The notes beneath the pieces are model-generated. The model was not told the DNA's origin. It searched no databases and was given only the letters and a program-made list of their open reading frames with translations. DNA of 64,000 bases from Lingula anatina (Eukaryota > Animalia > Brachiopoda): contig CM120645.1 of NCBI GenBank assembly GCA_051362555.1, forward strand, positions 23,898,934-23,962,933, read 5' to 3'. Each line of letters starts with the position of its first letter. The stretch's first letter is position 1. Positions 38,687 to 50,941 of this stretch are shown piece after piece. The position numbers were made by a program, and so were the translations under genes.

Positions 38687-40691
38687 ATGGTGAGTACAGC
38701 AATAGTTAATAAAGATTATATTACCTGTTTTATAGTATTGTAACTTAATTATATATAGTATACATATAGAATAGTGGTGTTCGGCAGAGTGGATGCCGTG
38801 GTAAGTTTGTTTACAGTGGTGTAGATGCTGTTGTGTTAACATTTAGTCCAACAAGCTGTTGGTATTGCACTTACTGTCTGCGTCATGGCTATCCGACCAA
38901 TAAGGAATTAATTTTAATTAGTTAAAGGGATAATAACTCTTCGTTTTGGCCAAAAAATGAATTTTCCTGGAGTAAACAACAATTTTCCCATACTTACCAA
39001 TGGTTAATGAATCCATTTTTACATTCAAAGTTAGTCCCTGGTTTTTTTCTAAAAAGTTTGGTTTTTTGTTAAAATCTCTTAAGAGATTATAACAGAGTAT
39101 AGCCATCAATGGAGGTCACGTTGTCTGAAGACAAGCTCAGATATTAGAATAATAGCTATAACTGCTGTTTATGTCATAAAACAGAATATATTATATTTCT
39201 ATGAGTTATTCACAATGTTTTTATTGTGAAATATAGACCTCATATGAAGAGTTATTATCCCTTTAACTTAAAAAAAACTAAACACAGGAAAATACCAGTT
39301 TCAATAAGAACACACCAGTCTCACAAATTGCCTTGATTTTAACCTCAACTAGAAGTGCATTATCCAGCCGGGGGGGAGGGGGGTGATGTTACAGGAAATG
39401 AAATTACGCACGTTATTTTCAAAGAGGGAATTACGCACGTCACAACGTTGTTCCAGCATGGTTGAATATCATTCGCTATTTGCTCCAGTTTTTTTAACAT
39501 ATGCAAATATTGTGTAAATTGGTCAGTAGCGGCGTTGATCCTTATACTAAAGAATACATGTAGTATAGGTTATGCATGAGAGTGAAGTTTTTGGCACGAA
39601 ATGTACAGAGATCTCAAAATCTTTTTAGACATCAAAGTTAGCCATAGAGAATAGTTTACCATCATTGGCACTGGGTCGGGGGTGGGGGGGAGAGTTTGAA
39701 ACAGAAAACTGACGACTCGTTCTAGCTCGAATTTATGTCGAAACTGCCTTCGAAAACATCTCAGTTTAAGAGTGTTTGGCGTCTTGGTACCTTTACTTAG
39801 TACTTAGATGTCTTGCCTAGCCCTGTGTATATCTTGTGGACACTGTATTAAGGGTGACTCCGTTCTTTTCTTTTCCAGGCATTGCATCTCTTTTCCCTCA
39901 TGTGTTTCTTCACATTGCCAATGGCGGTGGCGGGAGAAAGAATGTGTGCTGTCTACACTGTGATAAGCCATGGCAGTATGACCCGCGGTGGAAGCCAAGG
40001 ATTTGCCGAGCAGTGGTACAAAAACCATCGATATTTTGGTCTGAACACGAACACTAGTATCGCGGCTGAAGGGAGGAAGGTCCTACAGTTTTTGAAGGAA
40101 TGGTACGGCATCGACGTGGGCGTTGTAGACGATACGTTGTCAGGGGTTGATCCAACCCCTGTGTTCTTCGAAACCACGACAGTTAAATTTACTTTCAAAA
40201 TCGTGACCGTTCCGCAGTCTGCTAATTTTAGACTTTATTCGGAGTCACGTGGCAATGAAGTTCGTTTTTACGATTCCCAGATTTGTTATAATGCATGGCT
40301 GATCGTGACCAAAAATGAGTTTACTGTAACAGAGGGTCGAAATCAGGGAATGGTCGTTCCGGCAAATAGTATGATTGGGTTACACTATTACTATATGAAA
40401 CCTGGGCGCAAGGGGTTCGATAGCGAAATTAAGCTACTTGTAGAAGACCGTGTCCCAAGTCTTTTAATTCCCACCCCCTTGGGTCAAGACACTGATCTGA
40501 GCGCGTATGACGTCACCACAGGCACTTACGTGGTCCTCAATGGGTATGTCACCAGTCTGACGAGGCCAGAGTTCGGTGACGGCGTAGCACGTGGGATCTC
40601 TCCTCGATACGTGCATGGAAACGAATTTCTGAATGATGGAAGAATGGTGATCACCTTCTCCTGTAACCGTACCAAGTATAGTCTGCCATAG
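38687..40691 (+). CDS. Family copy 14 (subfamily C), fully intact: exons 38687-38689 and 39879-40691; 271-aa predicted secreted protein
   Basis: ATG|gtgagt ... ttccag|gcattg gives MALHLFSLMCFFTLPMAVAG-ERMCAVY...TFSCNRTKYSLP*. Confidence 0.85.
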
Positions 40692-40881
40692 GTTACATTT
40701 TCATTCATTGAAAAGTTTCTTGACTATTCTAAAATGTTGACTTTTGCTTATTTTAGAATTATTTTGCTTTCGTGAAATTAATTGTAAGGGCTGGGCAAAG
40801 GAAAATAAATTACAAGAATGAAATCTTTTTGAAATTGTTCTTTGACCACTTTTTTAACAAGACAATCCCACTCATTAGGGA

Positions 40882-40921
<40 letters not shown>

Positions 40922-42215
40922 GAGAGAGAGAGACATCCTTCTTACCAAATTGGATCTGGCAATAGTAATACCAAAGTACGTCACAGCCTTCAGTACCTTT
41001 TAAAGTTATAAGTTAAAGTTTTGAAAATCAAGAAAGCTTTAGAGTTATATATAACTGTCACGTTACACTGGTATCAGCGGCATTAACGGCGATGGTTTCT
41101 ATCCCTTCCTGTTTTTAAGCAAAGTAATTCAGAATTTAATCCATCCTGTGAAAATTCAATTCAGATTGGATACCAGAAAAGTAAGACATACATCATAGTA
41201 GAGAAATTACAGGAACATCTATATTTGAAAGCAGCATTTAAATCCAATTTAATGGTTTATTATGTTAATAACCTTACTATTGCAATCGTTTTTCTCACTG
41301 TGAAATGAATTTTGCATAATTATATGAAATTTGTTGAAGTAAAGACGTTCGAATTTTTATAGCGGTTACTGTAAGGCGCCAACAGCAATGGGCCGTTGCA
41401 CTGCTGATAGCAGATGAAAACTGCATCATGCCTGTAGATGTCTGTAATTCAATACGTGTCATACGTGCTTGCGATGAAAACTTAAAAAAAAAAAAACGAT
41501 GTTTTTTTTCAGTTACATAAAAGAATCTCATGATGAACATTTAATGATTTTGTTCATACAGGTTGCGCATATTGTATGAACAAAACGAAATGGGGGCATC
41601 AAAAACAGAGATAAAATTGAAAATAAGGTATTAACTTAAAAAAGGTCTTGGAGACAATTGAGAAAGGAAAATTTAAATAAATTGTGGACAGTTAAATAAT
41701 TGAACAAGACCTTTAAATATGAAGAATGTATAATAATCAATGATCACGAAAAAAAATCCTTAACAAAATTAATTACATGCAACCATGGACTGGAAATTGA
41801 AAAAAAAAAAAAAAAAAAAAAAAAGGCAAACCCTCCAAAACCTCATTTTAAGAAAGAAATTGCACACACTACTACACGGAAATTGACCACGAACAACACT
41901 TTCTCCTCACCTGTAAAGTATAAAAAGAAGCAAGAAATCATGCACAACTCCCATATCAAATACACCGACAAAATTATAATTGGGCAGGCTCTGATCAGAG
42001 GCAATTTATCCTACAAATCTACAGAGTGATAAATCCCTTAAAACAGTAGGTCCTTTTCTAGACCAAAGTTCAGCTCGTTCAATGATACAAATAATTGAAC
42101 ATGATAATGATATTTTTTCAGCTGAAAGTTAGCCATTGTTTTTAAACACGTGACAATTATTTTTATCAACATGAGGAAGAAAAATTGTGAATAAAATTTC
42201 TGGAAAATAGGCCTT

Positions 42216-42400
42216 CCGCCATCTTGTTTTGGAAAAGGGAAAGTGGTCGTCTGTCATCTTATGGGGGTCACAATATCGCTTTCATTTTCAAGCGCACAAG
42301 CCAGATTGTGCTGTTCCATACGATTGCAGTAGGAGTCCACCGAGCTTTCATTTTTACAGGAAGTGACGTTATAAATTTGCAGCACGTGACTTCATTGGTG
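42216..42400. promoter_or_regulatory. Probable housekeeping-type promoter of the TATDN2-like gene
   Basis: YY1-like CCGCCATCTT (42216), ETS/CRE-like GGAAGTGACGT (about 42359), E-box CACGTGAC (about 42383) and ATTGG. A donor-like aagg|gtgag near 42465 would close a 5' UTR exon. Confidence 0.45.
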
Positions 42401-42922
42401 GGATGTCTGAAATGTGATGGCTGCCTTGCAGCGAGATTTGGGTGAAAGCTCGAGTTCTGTCAAGGGTGAGATTTTCTTTGAATTATAACTACTTTTTAAA
42501 TTATTGAACAGTACGTTATGATTACAGGGGTTAGTGTTTACAATCAAAAGCATGTTGTGTTAAACTGTTTCAATTAACTGTCTTCAAAGAATAAGACGTA
42601 TTTGACACTGGAACAAGATATGCAATTCTCGCCCCTCCCCACCTTCAACGTCAAGGATTCGAATTTTCCCCACATTAAATTGTGTGGTGTTTTTGATCAA
42701 TGTCTCTTCTATTTAGAGAACTTTGTTTGGTAGTTTACGCAATTGTTTATCGCCATCTTGCAAGAAATTTCAAGCCCATTGAAGTACATGTATATACTGT
42801 TATTATTTATGATTAACAAAATCATTAAAAAAAAATTACTCATCAAACTAACCTTGCAACCCTGCATGTTATTCACTGTTTCAGTGTAGCTACCTGCGTC
42901 ATACAAACAATTCCAGATTGTC

Positions 42923-45014
42923 ATGGAGACACCTACTGGTGACACAAATAAAAACAAGTCTGCTAATGCCAAGACTCGGAAAAACAGCTCGCCTGTCTTT
43001 TCTGCCTCCGCTTCCCTGCATGGAGCAGCCAGGTTGTTCTCGCGGTCAGTACAGGACTTGGGACAGCAGAAGAGAGGCTCACCTGCCCAAAACCTGAGGA
43101 GAAGTGCAAGCCCAAGGCTGCAAGAATGCCTTATAACAGAGAAGAAAGGTGGGAATTCATTTTTAACCTGAAAAGAAAAGCAGCTTTGGACTGTATCTTT
43201 TGATTTATCTTGGAATTGTTGAAAGTTGTGCACAAATATGGGACATGAGAAACTGAACACAATTTTTTCAAGCTGACCCTTGATTTCTGCTGTGTACCCA
43301 CACAACTCTTTACTAATTTCTCAGGGCTATTTTACTTTATATTCTTGAATTAGGCTGAAAGCATGTTAGGGGTTGTACAGATCAGAAGCATGGTCTGTTT
43401 CATTTGTCAGTTCAGCAGTTTAAAGGAAAATTCATTCTGAAAAGTAAAGCCAGGCAGGCAGAAAACTGGATGTACGGGGTGTTACAAAATTTTATTTTAG
43501 CCAGGAGAAGATAGCATTTATAATGAATACATTATTTTTCTTGTTTAGAAACAAACTTTGCTGCAATATGAAGTTTAACTAAAAAACTAATTAAAATTCT
43601 TTAATTTACATGCATTTTCAGATCGCAGTGTAGATCTAGGTCATGGTGACCCAGTTATTTCCAAACCTAGTGAAGCTGTCTCCATGGCGACCTGCCCAAA
43701 GAAGAGGCTGGGGTCGTGGTCCTCTTCCTCCTCCTCTGCCAACTCTGTACAATGTGACCCTCAGACGGGGGCCAGTATTGGAGGTGAGAAAGTGAACTAC
43801 ATGATTTTGTAGAATAAGATAGGGAACTCTTCCCAATGTTACTGTTTACCAGTAATAAGAACAGGTCTGCAGCGGCAATTTCAAGGGTGGAGGGGACTTT
43901 TTTTCTTTCTTTTTTGAAAAGTAAACTTTTTTGCCCCCTTAGTTGACCAACACCTAGATCAAATTTTGATGCAGTGAGGACAGCAATAATAATCTAAGCT
44001 CTCAGCATAATAAAAGAAACTGTTATTTTTCTAAGGCATGGGATTTTTTTTAATCTTTCAACTCTGTCTTGTTCATCTGCCATGTTGGATTCAATTTTAA
44101 GATTGCATGTGGGTCACTGAAGTTCAATAAGTGTTGTATTTAATTGACTTTTTGTTCTTTTTGAATGAAGAGATTTGGTATGTTTTATTAATGAGAGTAA
44201 GACTTCTAAATTAATTAATTGTTCTTATTATAATTGTAGAAGAAGCACCTGCCAGTCAAGAGATCTCAACTGTAGATGGCATTGGTGATGCAAGAGTAGT
44301 TGAAGTCACCTCAGCTGGCAATGAGACCAGTACAAACACCATGCTTCCTTCAGTCATCAGATCACTGGAGACGGCTCTAACACAGGAGCTGTGCAGTGAA
44401 GACCAGGTGGCTGACAAGGAAAACTCCTCCCAGTACAACCTGATGTTCAAGTCTCTGTGTTCCTCTCAGTTAGAGCCTGTTTTGTTCTCTGGGGAGTACA
44501 GTGTGTTGTCCAACCATTACCTGTGCCAGGTCGCTTACAAGGGAGAGGATTTCTCAAGTGTAGAGCACGCCTACCAAGTTTTAAAAGCACGTTTCCATGG
44601 GAAAGAGAAACTCGCAGACCAAATCCAGCATGCCAAGCGAGGGAGAGATGCAGAACGACTTGGTTCTCAGGTGGAGGAGTCAGACCTTTGGATCAGCAAG
44701 AGATGCCGAGTCATCAGGAAATTGTTGCAGTCCAAAAGTGATCTTTGTCCGCAGTTTAACATGGTTCTGCTGGACACAGGTGACCATCCACTTTGGCATT
44801 CTGTCACCTGTCCAGGGTGGGGCGTTGGACTGACTGAGGAAGATTTCCGCCGTGGGAGATGCCCAAGGGGAGGGAACTTGTTAGGAGTGGCCATCATGAA
44901 ACTGAGGAAATCTTTGCGGAACACAGATTCCAGTAAAATTGTAAAAGGTTAGAAATTACTGAATTTGTTCAGCCTGCTTTTGCCTAAACTGAGAGTAACA
45001 TTTTCTTTAAGGCC

Positions 45015-45050
<36 letters not shown>

Positions 45051-48000
45051 TTGTTTTGAAGCTCTTGCCATTTGTAAAGATTCCATTAATATTGCAGTAG
45101 CTGAGCTGTAGCAATAAATGGTTCTAATAAATGCAGCAAAGTCAGGAATGGAGAAAATTGTTTTATTTGCCAGTACTATTTAAAGTAGAAATATAAATGA
45201 TTTCTTTAATTTGAAGCAGAAAAGCTATCAGTAGTAAATGTCCAATTAGAACCTAACTAGTTCTGTTTGATAAAATATTTTTTTGACAATTACATATTTT
45301 TAACTACAAAAAATGTTCTTTTCAGATAAAACGTCACACAAGAAATCTCACAAAAAACTCAAGTGCAGCAAATCTCCGAAGTCCTTACTCCGTGTCAGTT
45401 CAACAGATAAAGGTACAACTGTGTATTGATAGAATTCCAGGGATATACATTTAGCAACCCCCTTAGATATTTTCTTTAGTGTGTACCTTGTATTTTATGG
45501 AGGCAAATTAAAATGATTCTTTTGCAGGAAAACATCTCATTTTAAGTTGTACCAGTGTGATATTGATTTTTCTGAATTATATAACAAATCACTGAAATTG
45601 TTTAGCTTGTAAGCTGAAATCACAAGTACACAGTTTTATATAATGACAAATACTTAATTATGATACCATCTTTTTGCCATCAGAACAACTTTTTGTATCA
45701 AAACTGAAATTTTAATGTAAGTACCAGTTGCGTACACTTTGGTATATATTATAATATATTTGACAGGGGATATTTTAGAATGTAATTACATTTATTCTTC
45801 AGACCGTGGTAGCTGTGAGATGGTTGAGAGGGATAGTACTGTCAGTGAGAGAAGAAGTCAAGGTCATCTGAAAAATGGTCAAGATTATGCTGAGGACACT
45901 CGAACTGTATTGTCTGGCCCGTTTAATGGACCAAGGGTGGACTTTGGTCAGTCTGTTGCTGACGGAGAGAGGGAAAGCATCTCACATGGCACTCGGGAAA
46001 CGAGTATGGACACATCTGCTGAGAAAATAGACCAAGAACTTATAAATACTAAAAGTTCAAATACAAGCAGGTCCAGTACAGGCAGTTCCAGTGGAAACAC
46101 ATCAGTGAGTAATAGCAGTTCCAATACAGTGGGAACAGACTATAATACCAGTGCCAGTAATGTTAGCAGTTCAAGAGACAACAGTAGTATTGAGACTCCG
46201 TCCTCTAAAACTATCACCCTGAGAAAGAAGAAAAAGAAGGGAAAAAGAAAGAAAACCGAGAAAAAACACCATGGACAGGGTGGATTGCCCCCTGAACCTG
46301 ATGTCAGAGAGGTCAGTTATGGAAGTGACAGTGTCAGAAACACTCAGCTGGCTGCCCAAATTGACCAGGGGTCAGTGAGATCTGGCCATCAATGCCAAGG
46401 ACTAATTGTCCAGAAAAAGTCTTCAGGTTTTGGCCGAGGAAGAGTGTGCTTCAAAATGAAAACACCGGGAAGAAGGAATTCTCTCGAACAGCAGATGCAT
46501 CTTCAAAATTTGCAAGAACAGCAGTTTCAGATTCAACAAAGAAATCAAAAGCAGGAAAAATGGGGTGAAAACCAACAGCAGCCACACTTACCGGTACATG
46601 ACTGTGAAATAGAGCAACCACAGGTACAATTACAACAAGAGACCTGTGCACAGGTCCCAGGCCAACATCCACAGGTAAAACAGAAAGAAGGGCAAAGTGG
46701 ACAACAAAAAGAACAGGAACACCATAGACCTACTGAAAATCCTGCCAAGGACTGGAGACAGTGGGGTCCAAAATGGGGGCCCAGACGTGGGAGAAAACCA
46801 CTGGCACAGATCCGAGACGGCACCTTGATGGAGTCCGGCAGCATGAAAACCAGCACTCCTAAACCTAAGACCTCCACTGTGCTCAGTCTACACCAGAGAT
46901 TGAGAGCTGGGGAAGGTGGACTGGGGTGTCTCAAGAGAGAGAAGAGCCTCCAGACAAGTACGCCATTCAAAGCCAATAGTGGTCCAATAACACAACAAAA
47001 TGGTGACTTCTTAAAAGATCAGACTTTGGAAACACTGCCAGTTGATTTTGTTGCAAATCCAGGCCAGGAAAACTGCAATGGATGGGAAGAGTTTATGCAC
47101 AACCAGGAAGGGAAAGCACATGGTTTACAAATTAATAACAATGCAGAGGTTGAGGACAGGAACCACTCTGTCTCTGACATCACCCTGTCACGCTGTAACA
47201 TTGGAGACGGTGACAATGACGGCTACGATGACAGTTGGCTCAGTAACAAAGACTCCAGCAATTCTGATCAGTTTAATGTCGTAACAAGCCACCAGGAGGT
47301 GCTAAGTCCAGCCTGGATACCAGTCAATTCCAGGATAAGCCCAGCTCTGAAACCTACAGCCACTAGAAGTGTGATTTGTGGTTCTTTGGGGGCAGCACCA
47401 GACCGCAGTGGCTATCCTCACAATAATTGGACCATGATGTCAAAGACGGAGAAAAATGGCGGAAATCCCAAAAGAAGGGTTGTCCCTGTACAGAAGGCTT
47501 ACAGCGACACTGCCCTGAAAAGATCAGATTCTAGTACAGTGTCCAGAAATGTCTCTTACATCCAACCTGTGAATAATCAGTCACATGACCAGTCACATGA
47601 TGGGTCACATGATCAGTCACATGATCAATCTTTTGATCAGCTGAGCACCTCCTCTGTGGACTGGTTTGAGGTGCAGGACAGCCCCTCTCGCCATATACAT
47701 TTCCAGAATACCTCCGGCAGCTACAGAAGTGTAGATGGAGCCACCAGTGATAGCAAACTGAGATATGGAAGCTGGGAAGAATATAATGAAAATAATGGTG
47801 GGACTTCAACGGAAATAAAAATGACACAGGGTGATGGTAATGACAATAGTTCTAGTTATAACAGTTGGGAAGAATACAATGACAAGGACAGTGTTCCAGT
47901 GAGGTTGTCATCAGTGACACCAGAGTGTATGTACAGAGAACAAGACTGGAGGTGGGGTGGCGGGGGCAGGATGAGTGACCCTGGTCCCCTGAGAAACCAA

Positions 48001-50194
48001 CTGATGACCATGAACAACCAAGGTCAGGTCACATTTGGCAGTGTGGGTGGTGCACAGACAGCAGCTGAGAACTCTGGTTCCAGGAAATCCTGGGGGAGAG
48101 GACGGGGGGAGGATGTGTGGAGGAGGCCTGTGGGGGGGTGGACAGCCACAAAATCATCGTCCAATCTGGAAACGGCAAAGACTCAGGGCTTTGGAAGTAG
48201 TTCATCTCTGAACTCAGAGGAGACTGGGGTGTGGAGCAAGGCGTTCTGTAAGAAGTTCAGCAGTGTTGATATTCCGTACATTGACACTCACTGTCATATT
48301 GACTTCCTGTTTCGAAGGACAGGCTTCAAGGGGACATTCGCCAAGTATAGATGTCAGAACGCGGCTACGTTTCCTGCCAGCTACGAGGGATGTGTGGCAG
48401 TGTTCTGTGAACCACATTCTTTTAAAGTTCAAGGTATGAAAATGATGGTTGTGTATTATTTTTGTTTTACAGGTGCAAAGAAAACATGTTTGGTAAATCT
48501 GATATCATATTGAAAGACTTACCTTTAACAACTGTGTGTAAAAGGGAATTTGTAAATTTTGACGCTGAATAAGAACTTAAATTTTTCAAATACTAGTTGC
48601 GGATCTTATGTATGGAGCTCATAGATATGTATCTCAGAAAATCTTTAAAAGAAAAAGATACAGATATTTAAGTAGGAGTTTTTAATGAATATTTTATTTC
48701 CTCAGGTGGTCTATGGCGTGATATAGTCCAGGAAGAGGGGGTGTGGGGTGCATTTGGCTGTCACCCTAAGTGTGCCACAGACTACACACTGGTGTCTGAC
48801 CAGGGGCTCCAGGCGTGTCTCCGTCACCCTAAAACAGTAGCCCTGGGGGAGATAGGACTAGACTACTCTGGGAAGTAAGTATATATTTAGACTGATGGAG
48901 ATAATTTTTGTTATTAAATCACTCCACTCCACTCCCACTGGCCCTGGGTGAGGTAAGACTAAACTTGATGTGAAAAGGGTGTTGGTGTGCAGTCGACTCC
49001 CTACAAGTAGCAGACGATGGCCTGTTTGAGTTGAGACTTCAGCTCTATGGAATACTGGTCTGTACTGCTTATAAAGATATCTTCCTTCCAAACAAGGCAT
49101 TTTATGGAAATCTCTACCTCATTATTTTGTAGGTTTGGTAGTTTGAAGGAGAAGCAGAAGCTTGTGTTTGTGAAGCAGTTACAGATGGCTATGGACAGAG
49201 GTCTGCCGCTGGTCATCCACTGTAGGGAGGCTGAGGATGACTGCTTTGAGATTATGAAGACAGTGAGTTCACTTCAGGAGATATTGTAGACCATCTTAAA
49301 TTACATGTACAGTTGTGACATATGAGCTGCTTTATTTGTTTGCATTAAAATACATATGTAAACCATATTAAGTTTAAAGTTGGCTTTGCTAGATAGACGC
49401 AGGACCTTTGTGGTGAAAATATCTTGTTTCCATAACAATGTCAGTAACATCTTCTAGATGGTTCCAAAAGACTGGAAGATTCACCGCCACTGTTTCACCA
49501 GAGACTGGCAGGAGGCGTCCCGCTGGGTGGCGTTCTTCCCTAACCTCTTTGTGGGTCTGACGCCACTGGTGACCTACAGTTCGGCAGTGGAGGTCCACCA
49601 GGTGGCCCGCTGTCTGCCCTTAGATCGTCTGCTGCTGGAGACGGACGCTCCGTACTTTGTGCCACATGGGGTGAGGCGGTGAACTTTGTCAGTAATGACA
49701 CCTTTGTTGTTTTACTCTCAAATATGATTCATTGGAAAGGTTTTATAAAGTTTTCCAAATACTCACACTACATTATTATGCTCTCCTGATCAACATGATA
49801 CAACAAAAGTAAATAATTGAAAGGAGTAAATAAACAGATGAATAAAAATTGTGGCATTGATTTATAAAATTATTACGAGTTACAACAACCCTTGTTGGAT
49901 CTATTTTTCTTCACATTTCAATTTTCTGTTATGTTGGGTATTCTCTGTTTTAGCTAGGTTGGGTATTTCTCTGTTTTCTGTTAGGCTTGGTATTCCTCCA
50001 TAGCAGTATTCTAAGAGTATATACACACTAAGACTGTATGCTCTGTGTTCCAGGTGCGGAGAGATGAGATGCAGTACTCTCACCCTGGTCTGGCTGTCGT
50101 CGTTGCAGACGAGGTGGCCATGTGGAAGGGCGTAACCACGCACGAAGTCCTTAAGGCATGCCGGGAAAATACCAGGAAAATGTACGGGATCTGA
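42923..50194 (+). CDS. TATDN2: TATDN2-like TatD nuclease with N-terminal NADAR domain and long disordered linker, about 1488 aa. Exons 42923-43148, 43622-43783, 44240-44947, 45326-45412, 45803-48433, 48706-48874, 49133-49262, 49458-49670, 50054-50194
   Basis: All introns are GT-AG with compatible phases (total 4467 nt). TatD motifs [57 protein letters not shown]. The FGCHP/IHRHCF forms and long N-terminus match the TATDN2 subfamily. Confidence 0.85.
44473..44916 (+). other. NADAR (YbiA/RibX, DUF1768) domain encoded within a single exon
   Basis: Motifs [26 protein letters not shown]...W, LLDTG...L, WGVG, G.NLLG.AIM.LR match the NADAR consensus. Confidence 0.8.
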
Positions 50195-50776
50195 GGTTGG
50201 ACAGTTCACTTGGAAAATAAGCAAGGGCAAATTACCATTGAAATGCATAAGAATTTCAAACAAGCATTAGCATATGTGAATACTGTAGACTTGCAGATTG
50301 CAGAGAAAAGGGCTCAGAGGAAAAAATGGATAGAATATCTTAGTATATTGTAGACTAAGGCACTGATACTATGTATGGGATTTTACATCATGTAACTTGA
50401 TATAGAGGTCAGAGAATTTTCTTTGGTTTTACTTGCTGGCTGATTATATATAGAAAAATAGCATGTATTATAGGTGGACTGATGTTGCCACTTTGGCCTA
50501 GGAAATAGTAGAAAATGAAGTTATTCTTGAATGAAATATGCCTTGTCAAGGTAAGAAATGTGTCTTTTATTTCCAGCTGTTGATGTTTTCCAAGTCCTTC
50601 CCCAGATGCTTGGAGCTGGAATAAGATAACTTCTGGGTATTATATCTTTGGTAATTTGTATATTGTAATTTGCATGCATTTAATTTCAGTATTCTAGTAC
50701 CGACATTTTTCTGATATTAACTATTCCGAGTGCCAATGACTCCTTGCATGTCAGTTGATTGTACAGATTCACTTAA

Positions 50777-50941
50777 TCTGTATTCACATGGCAGTATTCA
50801 CATATCTGTATTCACATTGCAGTATTCACATATCTGTATTCACATGGCAGTATTCACATATCTGTATTCACATTGCAGTATTCACATATCTGTATTCACA
50901 TTGCAGTATTCACATTGCAGTATTCACATATGTATTCACAT
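50777..50941. repeat. 14-bp minisatellite (gtattcacat + atct/tgca/ggca)
   Basis: About 12 tandem units, directly visible. Confidence 0.9.

Noticed and set aside
42160-42222. Minus-strand AAGATGGCGG start suggesting a divergent gene
   Set aside because: The frame closes after about 18 codons with no convincing donor or downstream exons. Better explained as a YY1-like promoter motif.
44341-44952. Stand-alone bacterial-type NADAR gene, DarT-NADAR toxin-antitoxin pair, or contamination
   Set aside because: It is flanked by canonical splice sites in phase with neighbouring exons, and no ADP-ribosyltransferase ORF is nearby.
45739-48513. 924-aa single-exon gene
   Set aside because: It is an internal exon (45803-48433) of the TATDN2-like gene; both ORF ends run into introns.
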